Source: Myxococcota bacterium
GTDB taxonomy: Bacteria > Myxococcota_A > UBA9160 > SMWR01
Length of the DNA stretch: 64,000 nt
Reading direction: 5' to 3'
Assembly (NCBI GenBank): GCA_022447545.1
Contig: JAKVBI010000014.1
Location: forward strand, 34,336-98,335
The notes under the pieces were generated by a model. The model ran no database searches. It saw nothing but the letters and a program-made list of their open reading frames with translations, and was not told the DNA's origin. The translations under genes were made by a program, and so were the position numbers. Positions 18,954 to 29,700 of the stretch are shown here, in pieces; positions within the stretch are counted from its first letter, which is position 1, and each line of letters opens with the position of its first letter.

Positions 18954-20279
18954 ATGGCTTGGGACTTCGAGACAGAGCCTGAATTTCAGGAGAATCTCGA
19001 TTGGATGGACGAATTCGTACGAGAAGAGGTCGAGCCTCTGGATCTTTTGTTCCGGGGAAAGAGCGATGCGGTTTTCGATACGAAGAACGAGTTGGTCGCC
19101 CAGGTGCTCGCGCCCCTGAAAGAAGAGGTCAAGAAGAAAGGCCTTTGGGCCTGTCACCTGACCCCGGAACTCGGAGGGGGTGGTTACGGCCAGGTCAGAT
19201 TGGCACTCATGAACGAGATTCTAGGGCGCAGCATGTTCGCCTCACGGGTCTTCGGCTGTCAGGCGCCCGATACCGGAAATGCGGAATTGATCGCTCATTT
19301 CGGTAACGATGAGCAGAAGAAGAAGTATCTCAAGCCGTTGCTGGAAGGTGAGATCGTTTCGTGTTTTTCCATGACGGAGCCCAGCGGGGGGTCGGATCCC
19401 CAGACCTTCACCTGCAAGGCCTGGAGGGAAGGGGACGAGTATGTGATCGAAGGCGAGAAGTGGTTCGCCTCTAATGCGAAGTACGCCGAGTTTCTGCTCG
19501 TCGTCGTCGTGACCGACCCCGATGTCCCCATCTACAAAGGAGCGTCGATCCTGTTGGTTCCCAGGGACACGCCGGGCCTGGAATTCGTGCGCAACGTCGG
19601 CCTGGGGGGCGAACGGATCGGGCACGGATCCCACGCCTATCTGAGATTCAACAAGGCGCGTGTTCCCGTGGAGAACTGTATCGGTGGAGAGGGGCAGGGG
19701 TTCGTCGCGGCGCAGACCCGCTTGGGAGGAGGTCGCATCCACCACGCCATGCGTACAGTGGCGACTCTCAAGAAGGCCTTCGACATGATGTGCGAACGGG
19801 CGCTGTCACGCTTTACGCAGGGCTCCATGCTCTCTGAAAAGCAGCTCGTGCAGCAGATGATCGGTGATTCCTACACCGAGATCCTCCAGTTTCGATTGCA
19901 TGTGATGTACGCGGCCTGGCTCATCGATAAGCACCAGAAATACAATCGAGAAGTTCGCAAGGAAATTGCCGCCACCAAAGTGGCAACGGCTCGGGTGATG
20001 AAGAGTGTCATCTACCGGGCCCTTCACATTCACGGCTCCCTCGGTGTTTCTAATGAGTTGCCTCTGGCGGGCATGTGGAGTCAGGTGGGCATCATGGCCA
20101 CTGTCGACGGCCCCAGCGAAGTGCACAGCGTTTCGGTGGCCAAGCAGGTGCTGCGCGACTACGAGCCCGCGCCGGGCTTGTTTCCGACCTCCCATCTGAT
20201 CCCGAAGATTGAGGCCGCTCGCGAGAAATACGCCGATCTCCTGACCGAGGAGAACATGCACTGGATTGCGAACTCCTGA
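18954..20279 (+). CDS. acyl-CoA dehydrogenase family protein
   Basis: ATG 18954 follows AAGGAG. Motifs: CFSMTEPSGGSDP, GEKWFASNA, RIHHAMR, LHIHGSLGVS. Paralog of 1499..2806. Confidence 0.9.
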   Translation: MAWDFETEPEFQENLDWMDEFVREEVEPLDLLFRGKSDAVFDTKNELVAQVLAPLKEEVKKKGLWACHLTPELGGGGYGQVRLALMNEILGRSMFASRVFGCQAPDTGNAELIAHFGNDEQKKKYLKPLLEGEIVSCFSMTEPSGGSDPQTFTCKAWREGDEYVIEGEKWFASNAKYAEFLLVVVVTDPDVPIYKGASILLVPRDTPGLEFVRNVGLGGERIGHGSHAYLRFNKARVPVENCIGGEGQGFVAAQTRLGGGRIHHAMRTVATLKKAFDMMCERALSRFTQGSMLSEKQLVQQMIGDSYTEILQFRLHVMYAAWLIDKHQKYNREVRKEIAATKVATARVMKSVIYRALHIHGSLGVSNELPLAGMWSQVGIMATVDGPSEVHSVSVAKQVLRDYEPAPGLFPTSHLIPKIEAAREKYADLLTEENMHWIANS

Positions 20280-20289
20280 GCCGCGTTGC

Positions 20290-21087
20290 TCAGGCGCGTT
20301 CGTTTTCGTGGATCGTTCGCCCACTTCTTAAGACGGGAAGGAAATCGTTGTTGGGGCTCTTGAAGCCGAAGCGTTCCTCCGTGCCGTCTCGGGTTCCACC
20401 TTCGCTGTAGTGAAAGACCATGGCGGCGCGCATGTGCATTGATTCGTTGTCGGTCGAGCAGTGCATGAGGTGGCTGTGGAAGAAGAGGCAGTCGCCAGGT
20501 TCGAGGACAACCGGCACGGCATCGCTCATGTCGTGATCGACGATTTCGACGTATCCAAGATTGGCATCGGGGCGGCGGTCGGCGACGGCATCATGGATCG
20601 GTTCGCGATGGGATCCCGGGAGAACCCAGAGGGGCCCGCTCTCCAGGCGCGCATGGGTGATGGCTAGCCATACTCCGACCTGGGGTGACCGATCGAAGGG
20701 GAAATAGAACGCGTCTTGGTGCCAAGGCTGACCCAGGGCCCCCGGGTGTTTGAAGATGAACTGCGAGAGGAAACAATCGAGATCGTCGGCGAGAAGCTCG
20801 CGAACGATCTCCAGGGTGGCGGGAGCCACGCAGAAATCCCGGAAGACGCGCTCCTGGCGGTGAACCCGGAAGAGCTTCGAGACTCTCGATTCGGCAGGAC
20901 CCTCGCTGTCAGCGAGTCGGGACTCGGTCTGTACGAAGGCCGGCGTGATGGGTTCGCCCCTCTCTGCGAGGCGAGATAACTCGATGATGCGCCTGTGCAT
21001 GGCGTCGCAGACGTCAGGGGCCGTGAAGCCTTTGCGCAGGAAAAAGCCGTCGCGATGCCAGGCATCCAATTCCGAGGTGTCGAGCAT
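20290..21087 (-). CDS. phytanoyl-CoA dioxygenase (PhyH) family Fe(II)/2-oxoglutarate oxygenase
   Basis: WHRDGFFLRKGF, GQPWHQDAFYFP (HxD) and FFHSHLMHCS are characteristic of PhyH. Confidence 0.85.
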   Translation of the reverse strand: MLDTSELDAWHRDGFFLRKGFTAPDVCDAMHRRIIELSRLAERGEPITPAFVQTESRLADSEGPAESRVSKLFRVHRQERVFRDFCVAPATLEIVRELLADDLDCFLSQFIFKHPGALGQPWHQDAFYFPFDRSPQVGVWLAITHARLESGPLWVLPGSHREPIHDAVADRRPDANLGYVEIVDHDMSDAVPVVLEPGDCLFFHSHLMHCSTDNESMHMRAAMVFHYSEGGTRDGTEERFGFKSPNNDFLPVLRSGRTIHENERA

Positions 21088-21167
21088 CAGTGAATTCTAC
21101 CCCGAGCGCCCTCGGGTTCTCCCGATGTCCTCCCCCATTCCGGATCCTGGGCAGAGCCTTTGCTTGA

Positions 21168-21626
21168 TCAGGCTCGTTGGTCCAGTTGAACCACGTTCCC
21201 GTCGGGATCTCGGAGGAATGCGCTGCGGCACTTACCGCCGGCGGGTTCGCCATAGGCGATGGTGTCGGCGTCGGCGGGCTGTACCACGATGGGGACTCCG
21301 GCTGCTTTGGCCCGCTCGACCGCTCCATCGACATCCTCGACCCAGAAGCCCCAGTGGTGAGTGCCCAACTGGAAGAGTGCCGGAGGTTCGCCGAAGGGCT
21401 CGCGGGAGAGTTGCTGGTCGAGCACGATGAATGTCTCGTGGGGCCCTTCGCGCCAGCGGAGGTAGACAGCGCGCCGTTTTTGGGCGTCGCTTCCTCCAAA
21501 ACCCGGTAATTCCTCCTCGGTATCCAACGAGACGTGCATGCCGAGCACGTCGCGGTAGAAACCAAGTGACCGTTCCATGTCGGTTACGCCCACTGCAATG
21601 TGCGAAATCGCGTCGATGTTGCTCAT
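21168..21626 (-). CDS. VOC (glyoxalase/bleomycin-resistance/dioxygenase) family protein
   Basis: ATG follows GGAGGA. ISHIAVGVTDMERSLGFYRDVLGM...HHWGFWVEDVD. Confidence 0.85.
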   Translation of the reverse strand: MSNIDAISHIAVGVTDMERSLGFYRDVLGMHVSLDTEEELPGFGGSDAQKRRAVYLRWREGPHETFIVLDQQLSREPFGEPPALFQLGTHHWGFWVEDVDGAVERAKAAGVPIVVQPADADTIAYGEPAGGKCRSAFLRDPDGNVVQLDQRA

Positions 21627-21796
21627 GGTTTCCTCCGTTTCGTTTCATTCCGTTGGTACGAGCGAGTTTCGACAGTATGCCATGCCGAACCCTCGGTTGA
21701 TGGACGAACGACTGCGGCGCCTGAAGAACTGGTTGCCCTCGATTGAGAACCGGATTCCGTGCTCCAAATGTGGATCTGGAGTGTTAGATTCAAGGG

Positions 21797-21967
21797 ATGG
21801 ATCAACGCCTGAAAAGCCTGGTGATATTCGTTGCCATCCTTGTGGCACTGAACTTCTTCTTTGGCGAAATGGACTACGGGATTCACATCTCCGTCGTGGG
21901 CAGCCTGGTACTCACATTCGTGGTGTCGGCGCTGATGAACATGGGCGGAGGTGTGGGAAGAGGCTGA
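21797..21967 (+). CDS. possible 56-aa two-TM membrane peptide
   Basis: Below the ORF-track length cutoff. MDQRLKSLVIFVAILVALNFFFGEMDYGIHISVVGSLVLTFVVSALMNMGGGVGRG. Third codon positions are mostly G/C in this frame. No convincing SD. Confidence 0.3.
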   Translation: MDQRLKSLVIFVAILVALNFFFGEMDYGIHISVVGSLVLTFVVSALMNMGGGVGRG

Positions 21968-21988
21968 CGGCCCGGCACGCGGAGAGCG

Positions 21989-23341
21989 TCACAGGTATCC
22001 CAATGCCTCGAGACGCGCGCGTAGTCCTTCGTCGATCTCGACCTCTGGCGCTCGCGTTCGTGAAGCGGCTTCTCTGTGTAGGGCTTCGAGGCGCTCGTTC
22101 AAGCGGTGCGCGGTGGCGGGCTCGCGAGCTTCCAATCTGCGGCGCTCGCCCCGGTCTTGCTGTGGGTCGAAGAGGAGGTTTCGGCTGGGGGCTCCGCGTG
22201 GGCTGATCTTGATGAGTTTGCGATCGCCCTGGGTCACGCTTTCCACCGAGATTTGCTCATTCTCGAAGGAGGAGAAGATCGGTGGGGCTGGCTCCGCGGG
22301 AGCAGCGGCCCTCAACATGAGGGGCACGAGGCTCCGACCCGACCCCCCAGGTGGAGTGGCCAGGTTCAAAATGTCCAGGAGAGTTGGAAGAATGTCCACC
22401 TGTGCAACCGGTTCCTGGAGCCATACGTTTCGTGCTGCACTTCCCGCGATAGCTGCCGGCAGCTTGATCATGAGTGGAATCCGCTGTTCTTCGCCGAACA
22501 GAGTCTTGCCGTGCTGGAGTTGTCCATGCTCTCCGAATCCCTCGCCGTGGTCCGAGAGAAGGACGATCAGGGCGGCATCGTAGATCCCGAACTCTCTCAG
22601 GCGTTCCAGGAGTGCACCGAAACTCGCGTCGTTGAAAGCAATTTCGCCGTCATAAAGCGCTCGGAGGCCCTCCAACTCGCCAGGGCGGGGCTTGTTTCGG
22701 GCAGCGAGTTCCCGCAGGTGCTCGAGGGAGCCGAACCCAGGCTCCTCTACGGTCGGAGCAAATCGTTTCCGATAATCGCGGGGAGGCGTGTAGGGCGCGT
22801 GGGGGTCGGCGGTATGGATGTAGAGGAACAAGGGATCGGGGCTATCGGTGTTCTCTGCAAGCCATCGAAAGACGACCTGGTTGACCTCGTCGGAGCGCCG
22901 GTGGACTTCCGGGGTGAATCGCTCGGGCAGTTGCCGATACCGGTCGAAGCCCCGGCCGAAGCCGAAGGCGTTGGAGGCATTTCCGTTGGCCACCACTCCC
23001 AGGGTGCGGTAACCCGCCTGCTGCAGGATCTCGGCCAGCAGAGGGAGTTCCGGGGAGAGGCCATCACGTGGGGCCAGGGTTCCGTGTAGCTGGGGTGAGA
23101 GGCCAGTGAAAAGGGATGCGACGGCGGGTTTGGTCCAGGAAGACTGCGCCAAGGCGTTTTGAAATGAGACACCATCGCGGGCGAAGGCCTCCATGGAAGG
23201 CGAGGTGGGCCGTCCGTAGCCGTAGGCGCTGAGGTGATCGGGTCGGAGGGTATCGATCAGATAGACGACGATGGGAGGGCGGAAGGGAATCGAAGAGTCT
23301 CCGGCACATCCAAGCCCCATGGAGACCACCAGGCAGATCAT
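21989..23341 (-). CDS. sulfatase-like hydrolase/transferase (alkaline-phosphatase superfamily), Thr-type nucleophile, probable lipoprotein
   Basis: YLIDTLRPDHLSAYGY, SSWTKPAVASLFTG and VLLSDHGEGFGEHG motifs. Start set at ATG 23341 (MICLVVSMGLGCAG lipobox). The longer ORF-track N-terminus overlaps the divergent gene region. Confidence 0.8.
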   Translation of the reverse strand: MICLVVSMGLGCAGDSSIPFRPPIVVYLIDTLRPDHLSAYGYGRPTSPSMEAFARDGVSFQNALAQSSWTKPAVASLFTGLSPQLHGTLAPRDGLSPELPLLAEILQQAGYRTLGVVANGNASNAFGFGRGFDRYRQLPERFTPEVHRRSDEVNQVVFRWLAENTDSPDPLFLYIHTADPHAPYTPPRDYRKRFAPTVEEPGFGSLEHLRELAARNKPRPGELEGLRALYDGEIAFNDASFGALLERLREFGIYDAALIVLLSDHGEGFGEHGQLQHGKTLFGEEQRIPLMIKLPAAIAGSAARNVWLQEPVAQVDILPTLLDILNLATPPGGSGRSLVPLMLRAAAPAEPAPPIFSSFENEQISVESVTQGDRKLIKISPRGAPSRNLLFDPQQDRGERRRLEAREPATAHRLNERLEALHREAASRTRAPEVEIDEGLRARLEALGYL

Positions 23342-23581
23342 GGCGCCGAATCTCGGACGCCGACGGTGCTTGGAGTGGGTGTCCGACGAACGGTGGACTT
23401 CGCGACCGCGCACGCCAGGAGTATAGGGGGCCGGGTTGATGGGTCTACGCCAGGACACTGCGCGATCGTCGAGTGCCCAAGGGAGGCAATCCACGTTTCC
23501 AGCTGGGCACGTGCCTCGGGTGAGGGCTTCACACGCTTGGGAGGCTACGGGTCTGATACCCTTCCCACGGGAGGCCTGAGA

Positions 23582-24091
23582 GTGACGAGAGAGTATCTCG
23601 AAGGGAGTCATGGGCTGCAGTCTGACTATCACACCTATCTTGAGGAGCGGTTCCAGGGAGAGGTGTACGGGGAGGCGCTTTTTGGTGCGATGGCTGAGGG
23701 ATGTGACGATCCGGTGCGCGTTCGCAAGCTCAGGCTGCTAGAGCAGCTGGAAAGGGAAACCAAAGAGTTCCTGCTGCCCCTCGTCATGGAAGCGGGCCAT
23801 TCGGGGGAGGCGAGCCAGGAGCGGATCGCCGAAGGAATCCATCTCGGACGTCAACTCGCCAAGGTTCCCTGGGGCGAACTGCTACAGGGCTTTCAATCGG
23901 AACTTGAACGCTTTGTCCTGGAGTTCGAGCAAGCCGAGGGCCTGGCACCGCCTGGCAAGAGGAACCTTCTGCGACGTGTGACCGACCACGAGCGAGCGCT
24001 GCTCGACTTTTCGACCCGGGAGATCGAGGGGGACGAGCCTGGAGCCCTCGGTGCCGTGGTCTCCATTTTGACAGAGCCTCCCGTAGTCTAG
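23582..24091 (+). CDS. hypothetical helical protein
   Basis: GTG 23582 follows GGGAGG. Glu/Leu-rich helical sequence with high GC3. No family recognised. Confidence 0.5.
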   Translation: MTREYLEGSHGLQSDYHTYLEERFQGEVYGEALFGAMAEGCDDPVRVRKLRLLEQLERETKEFLLPLVMEAGHSGEASQERIAEGIHLGRQLAKVPWGELLQGFQSELERFVLEFEQAEGLAPPGKRNLLRRVTDHERALLDFSTREIEGDEPGALGAVVSILTEPPVV

Positions 24092-24147
24092 CTCGGGGTT
24101 CCGTTGCGAAGTCGCGCGACTCGTCATTCGGGTCGGTTGGTTGGTTT

Positions 24148-25272
24148 TTACTGGTGCGGTTTGGCAGGCCCCGGTTCCCCATTGTGTCGGTCTCCGAGGA
24201 ACCGTGCGATCGTTTCGGCGTAGATCGCATAGCCTTCTTCCAGTGGATGATCATTGAGGGATGGATAGAAGACCTTGGCTGCCTTCTCGGACCGAGCGAA
24301 CCCTGTCACGACCGGGTTGGTCAGGTCGACGTAGGGGATTTTCACTCGCTCGAAAAATGCTTTCAGATCCCGAAATATTCGATCCTCGGCGACCGAGAGG
24401 TCATCGAGTTCTTTCACCGGAACATTCTGGGTTCTCAAGTAGCCGCGCACGGTGCGGACTCGCGACGGGATCAGCACCAGGGTCAGCTCGATGCCACGGC
24501 TGTCGGCCTCGGAGCGGACCCGCTCCAGCAGCAGGAGGCCATTCGCGACGGCCGAAGGCCAGTAGGGCCGACTGTAGGGTTTGACTTCTAGCCGTTTGGA
24601 TCTGCGACCGGTCTTGAACCTTCCCACGCCGAACGAGTCTCTCAGGGGTTCGCTGATGAGATGATCGAAGGCGCTCGCGAACGCGCTGTTTTTGAGTAGG
24701 AGGCCAAAATCCTTCGGAGGTTCGGGGGGGTCTCCAGGAGCCTCGGGTAAAGATTCACCGTCACAAGCGGTTGTATCGAGGGCGAGTTCCTTCGACTGCC
24801 GTTGCCAATACGGCATCTGTAGAGTTTTGCAGTAGTTCTGATGAAAATCGTTCCAAGGATAAAGCGCGATGATGACGTGTTCGGGATTCGATTCCAGCGA
24901 CATCTGGAAGAGTTCGTAGTACTGCAGAATCCCGTACCCTCCCACTCCCATGTTGTAGACCGGATGTCCCAGTGCTGTTTCCAGCTTTCTCGGCCAGGAG
25001 TCATTCGCTCCGACGTTGTATCCATAAGTGTGTGAATCACCAATGGCAACGATCGATCGCTTTTCGAGGCTTCGCGCATTGCGAAATCCATTCAAATCGA
25101 CGCCATCGATCCTCGGAGAGGTTCGGTACCCGAGCTTTTCGTCAAAAACCCTGTTGTCTTCCCCGTGGATCGGGAAGAGGGTCAGGCTTCGAAGGACCCA
25201 CTCTCCGAGCAACCCGCTAACTGCGATAGCCGTAGCCAGGAGTGACGCGTTCTTCAGGATCGAGGCGAGCAA
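24148..25272 (-). CDS. SGNH/GDSL-family hydrolase, N-terminally membrane-anchored
   Basis: Block I IVAIGDSHTYGYN. TTG start with GGGAAG upstream. N-terminal TM segment. Confidence 0.7.
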   Translation of the reverse strand: MLASILKNASLLATAIAVSGLLGEWVLRSLTLFPIHGEDNRVFDEKLGYRTSPRIDGVDLNGFRNARSLEKRSIVAIGDSHTYGYNVGANDSWPRKLETALGHPVYNMGVGGYGILQYYELFQMSLESNPEHVIIALYPWNDFHQNYCKTLQMPYWQRQSKELALDTTACDGESLPEAPGDPPEPPKDFGLLLKNSAFASAFDHLISEPLRDSFGVGRFKTGRRSKRLEVKPYSRPYWPSAVANGLLLLERVRSEADSRGIELTLVLIPSRVRTVRGYLRTQNVPVKELDDLSVAEDRIFRDLKAFFERVKIPYVDLTNPVVTGFARSEKAAKVFYPSLNDHPLEEGYAIYAETIARFLGDRHNGEPGPAKPHQ

Positions 25273-25501
25273 GGTTCTTCCCGATCGTTTCGGAGGAGAG
25301 GAGTCGGTGAATGTACATCAACTTCGCGACCGTCGATTTCAGGGGGGGGCTTGATTGCAGAGTTGGCCGTTCGGTCAGAGACATCTCGGTTCAAACGAAG
25401 AGGGGCTGCCCACCTTGGCGGACAGCCCCTCGAGGTCGTTTTGCCTCTCGAAGGGTTTTAGATCCCCTCACGCAAGGCATCGTGCTTTTTCATGCTCGAA
25501 G

Positions 25502-26257
25502 CTAGGGGCGATTCCGCCGGCGGACGGATGCGATCCCCATGGCCACGACGCTGACAGCGATCGTGCCCACGCCGAGCAGTGGCAGTGCGGGCACCGTGCC
25601 ATCTTGGCTTAGTGATCCGCGAGTCCACTGGACCATGTTGCCCAGAGACGTGGGAGACGTGAGCAGGATGAACCCCGTATCGGACGTATACCCGGTGCCG
25701 TGGAAAATCCAAGTCCCGATGTCGAAGTTGAGGGAATTCAGGACGCCTGAAACGGTCTCCTGGTATTCGCGTCTCGCGAGGTCGCAGATGTAGGGCGGGT
25801 TGGCGTTGCACCAGTCACCACCCGTAACGGTCCAGCCGCTGGTGGTTGCCCAGTCGATTTCACTCGAGGTGCTACCTGAACCGACCGTGCCACCGGCCGG
25901 GCCTCTCACATAGGTCAGTTTGACGAAGATGAATCCGGCGCTCAGAGAGGGAACCAAAGTCGTCGAACTCTGCGGAGCGACCCCGTAGGCGCGTCCCGTT
26001 CCTTCAAGCATCTTCTTCAAGACGGGGCTTCCAGTGCCGTCATCATCGATGATGGCTTTGCCCCGAGAGGGAACCGAGCGATATTCGGCTCGCGGCGACG
26101 TGGTGAGGAACTGAAGGACATTACTGCGTCGCTGCTCGTATTTTTTGAGGGCAGCATCCGCAGGGGACGAGTTGATGAAGGTGACTGTAAAGCCCAATAA
26201 CATGGCGAGAGCCAATGCGGTGGGCTTACAGAGGAACTGGATCAGTAAGTTCTTCAC
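25502..26257 (-). CDS. secreted hypothetical protein with a C-terminal VP-x-LP/TM/Arg-rich anchor
   Basis: GTG 26257 follows AAGGAG (alternative ATG at 26287). Signal peptide ...INSSPADA. Tail is TVPALPLLGVGTIAVSVVAMGIASVRRRNRP. Confidence 0.6.
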   Translation of the reverse strand: MKNLLIQFLCKPTALALAMLLGFTVTFINSSPADAALKKYEQRRSNVLQFLTTSPRAEYRSVPSRGKAIIDDDGTGSPVLKKMLEGTGRAYGVAPQSSTTLVPSLSAGFIFVKLTYVRGPAGGTVGSGSTSSEIDWATTSGWTVTGGDWCNANPPYICDLARREYQETVSGVLNSLNFDIGTWIFHGTGYTSDTGFILLTSPTSLGNMVQWTRGSLSQDGTVPALPLLGVGTIAVSVVAMGIASVRRRNRP

Positions 26258-26734
26258 TGCGTGATTCTCCTTGTTCGTGGTTTGCATCGTCTTTGCTTTG
26301 CTACTCAGACGTTCGTTCGTGCATCCCTTTGGCTCGGCACCCCATCCTTCTCTGTCTCTCTGTCCTGGCCAAAAGGCCGGACCGAGCCCTCGGGATCTCT
26401 CGTTGACAAGCGTTTCGATTCATCATCCGCCAGATGGTTTCCTATCGAAACTCGCAACATCCTGTAGTGTCTCATGTAATCGTCAAATTAGTCAATTTGG
26501 GTGAAGCAGTTTTAGTTTTTTTTGATGCCCCACGGGGGGCGGGATGCCCAAAGCCCGATTCCAACAGCCTGAGAGTGAGCTAGTTGCACATGGAATGCCG
26601 GAAAGCCGCATATCGATTTGCAGAGACGCCGGCAATTGAGTGATCAAACCAAGGCATTGGACTCGTGGGTGGTCCGGTTTTCCCAGGATCCAAGGGGTCC
26701 GGAGAATCCCCGATAGGCGTTTCTGTTCTCGCCT

Positions 26735-29700
26735 TCAGGGGCGATCCCTGGTGGAACCGCTTCCCACCTTCAGGAGTGCCCCGCCCATCTCCAAGAGTCC
26801 GCTGCCGATCTTGACCGTGGTATCGAGCACTTTGCTCGTCGTTCCCAATGTCAGTTTGTCGAGCGCGCCGGGGACTCGGGCTCGTACGGACATGTGTTCT
26901 TGACCCACCGGCCCTTCGACGAGGATGTCGATGGGCAGGGCGATGAATCCGCCAGCGGTTTCGGTCAAGTGCGGGGTTCGGAAGACCTTCCCCAGAGCCC
27001 CCTGGAAGGAGGGGCCCAGCCGTGGACTCACCATCAGGTCGAGTCGACCGTCGAGACCGATTCGGCCTGTTGCTTGAAGGGTTGCAACATCCCCGGTGCA
27101 TTCACTGTCACTGAGGATGAAAGCGTCGTTTTCGATCCGCCCGCCCACCCGGCAACCCGAAAGCAGGATGCCCTCGAAGGCAGAGATCCCAGTCGTGCGC
27201 GAGAGCATGTCCAATACGGGAATGTCCGAAATGTGGGAGTTCGATAGCGTCGTGTTCAACTGGCCTGTCAGGTTGCGACGAAGCCCTTCAGGAGTTTTCC
27301 CGCTACCACGCACGGACGATGAGACCGCCAGGGTTCCGTTCATTGCCGTGTTTTCAACGAGCCCTGCTTTTGCGATGGAGCGCATGAGTTTGCCTACGTC
27401 GATTTCAGTGCCCGAAAGGTTCCACGAAAGCGAACGCATTTCCTTCGTCCGACGGTGATCGAGGAGTGCCTTGAGCGAACCCCCGGTGGTCTCTGTCAGG
27501 TTCACGTCGAGTTTCAACCTCGAGGGGTCTCTCGAAAGCCTCAACTCGCTTGATTCGATCGCAATCTCGGAAAAGCGCGCTTGGTCGATCTTCGCGTGGA
27601 TGTCCAGGACGAGTTCCTGGCCCTCCGGGTCTGAATTCTCTTGGCCCGACGGCAATACCGGAACAGGAGGCTGGCTACCGCGTTCGCGTTGGGAGGACTT
27701 CTCGATCTGAGAACTCAGGTAGGGGGTCAGGTCGAGGCTTTCGACATTGGCGGCCACGGTCAAGCTCGGTGCCGTCACCTTACGCCCCGTATGATTTTCG
27801 TACTTGCCGTGGAACTTCACTGCGTCGGGAGGGCCCTTCTTTCGGGGGATCTTCAATTCGATCTCGAAGTCCATGCCACCCGTCGAGAGGACTTCGATCT
27901 GATGGCTCGCATGGGCGGTGAAGGGATTTATGGCGCCTTCTGGAATTACTTCGAAAGTCTCCTGTCCTTTTGAACGGAGTACGTCCTTGGCAGCATCGTT
28001 GGTGAACTCGATGCTGGCGGTCAGAGGAAGGTCGCCCAGGCTCGCATCGAAATCGGTCAGCGCTTCGATCCAGGGAGCCAGATGCAGGCTCTTGGTGGAG
28101 ACGGTGATCTGGCTTGCTCTCGGCTTCTCGCTCGAGGCGAGGGCGAGGTTCCCCTTGGATGCGAGGGACCCCAACGGTCGGCCGGCGGGCTCGACGAAGG
28201 CGAGATTCAACTCGCGAATTGCCAAATCGTCGGGTGAGGAGAGGGCTCGCAGATCGGCGTCGAGGTCGATACTGAGGCCCCTCTTGGGTGCGGCTCCTTC
28301 GAGTGCGATCCCCTTGACCGCAAGCTTGCCAGCCACTTCGGCCGTTCCGGGTGCGGTGGACTTTAGGGTGAATCGGCCATCGAGGTTTCCCCCGTGGATG
28401 CGCTTACGAAGATCCGCAGAGAGCAGAGGGAGAGGAGCCATCGCCTTCATTAGATCGCTGGCCTCGATCTGCACCGCCGCATTCCACGTGCCCGTTGGGG
28501 GGTCGTTCTCCCCACTCAATCGGCCCTTCAGCAGAGGTGACGAACCGCGGTTCAGTGAGATCACGGCGTGATCGAGATGGAAGCGCTCGTAGTCCTCGAC
28601 CTTCAGATCAATTTCCGAGTGGAGGTCGAGCTCCCCCTCGACGCCCTGAATTCGCAGTGACCTTGCCTCGACGGTTCCGGTGGTACCCAGCCGGGCGCCG
28701 CGTCCATTGACTTCGACCTCCACATCGATGCCGATGTGTCCATCCTCGACCGCGTCTGGGCTGTCGACCCTCAGAGCTCTCAGCCAGCGCCGGACTCCAG
28801 CGATGTCGATGCGCTCGAGCTCGACAGAGATCTTCGCCGACTGCCCGGGAGCCGGGTCTCCATTGGCGAGGTCGAGATCCATTTCGAGTGGGTCCTCGAG
28901 TGCGATCTGTAGGCTTCGGCCGTGGCGGCCCACGATGTCGAGATCTGCCCGACTGACAGAGAGGATCGAAGTGTGTCGATTCCAGCTGATCTCCTGCTTG
29001 GCATGGACATCGAGAGCGGGGGTGTCCGATCCGCTGCTGTCGAGAGTCAGGGCGATCGCGTGGGCATCGAGATTTCCGGAAAGACCCAGAGGCCCATTGG
29101 GAGGGTGAGTGAGATGGAACTTGGCGTCGACTTTCCCGCCGTGGAACTGGGCACCCCCTATGGCCGCCAGGAATGGATTCAGGTTCACGAGTTCGAGGCT
29201 CGTGAGGTCGAGATCCGCGATCAGGGATCGTCGTGGGTCCTTCGCAGTTCCGCTGTCGGCTTCATGCCAGTGCCAGGTGGAGGCGAGTTCGCCTGTGTCT
29301 CGACCGTTTCGCTTCGCCTGGGCGGTTAACGTCGCCGCGAGCGTCGAAGCTTCATGGCTGTTCGCATCCAGGTCCACGGAAATTGCGAGACCGCTTTCCT
29401 TCTCTCCGTGGGTTCGAGCCAGAGCGAGGTCTCCATTCAATCGCATGCCACGCACGACACCCTGTCGGTCCTGTTCGAGATGAAGTGTCGCCTGAAGCCG
29501 ACCGGAGTAGCCCGGCTGTCCGGCCTCCATCGCGAGGGCGAGGGGTGTCGTCAGTGTTCCCTGGGCGGCCGCGAGGGGAGCGAGGTCCGTGAAATTCGAG
29601 TTCAGGGGACCGATCACGTTGCGTGGCTTGTCCCCATCGAGGAGACGCAGTGTCAGGGCTTCGATCTCCGCTCGATCGATTCGGACTGGAATCTCGATTC

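Noticed and set aside
26505-26545. T8 run next to the GC hairpin GCCCCACGGGGGGC, considered as the AsmA terminator
   Set aside because: The orientation is wrong on both strands: the T-run precedes the hairpin on plus, and an A-run follows it on minus. It does not fit a rho-independent terminator.
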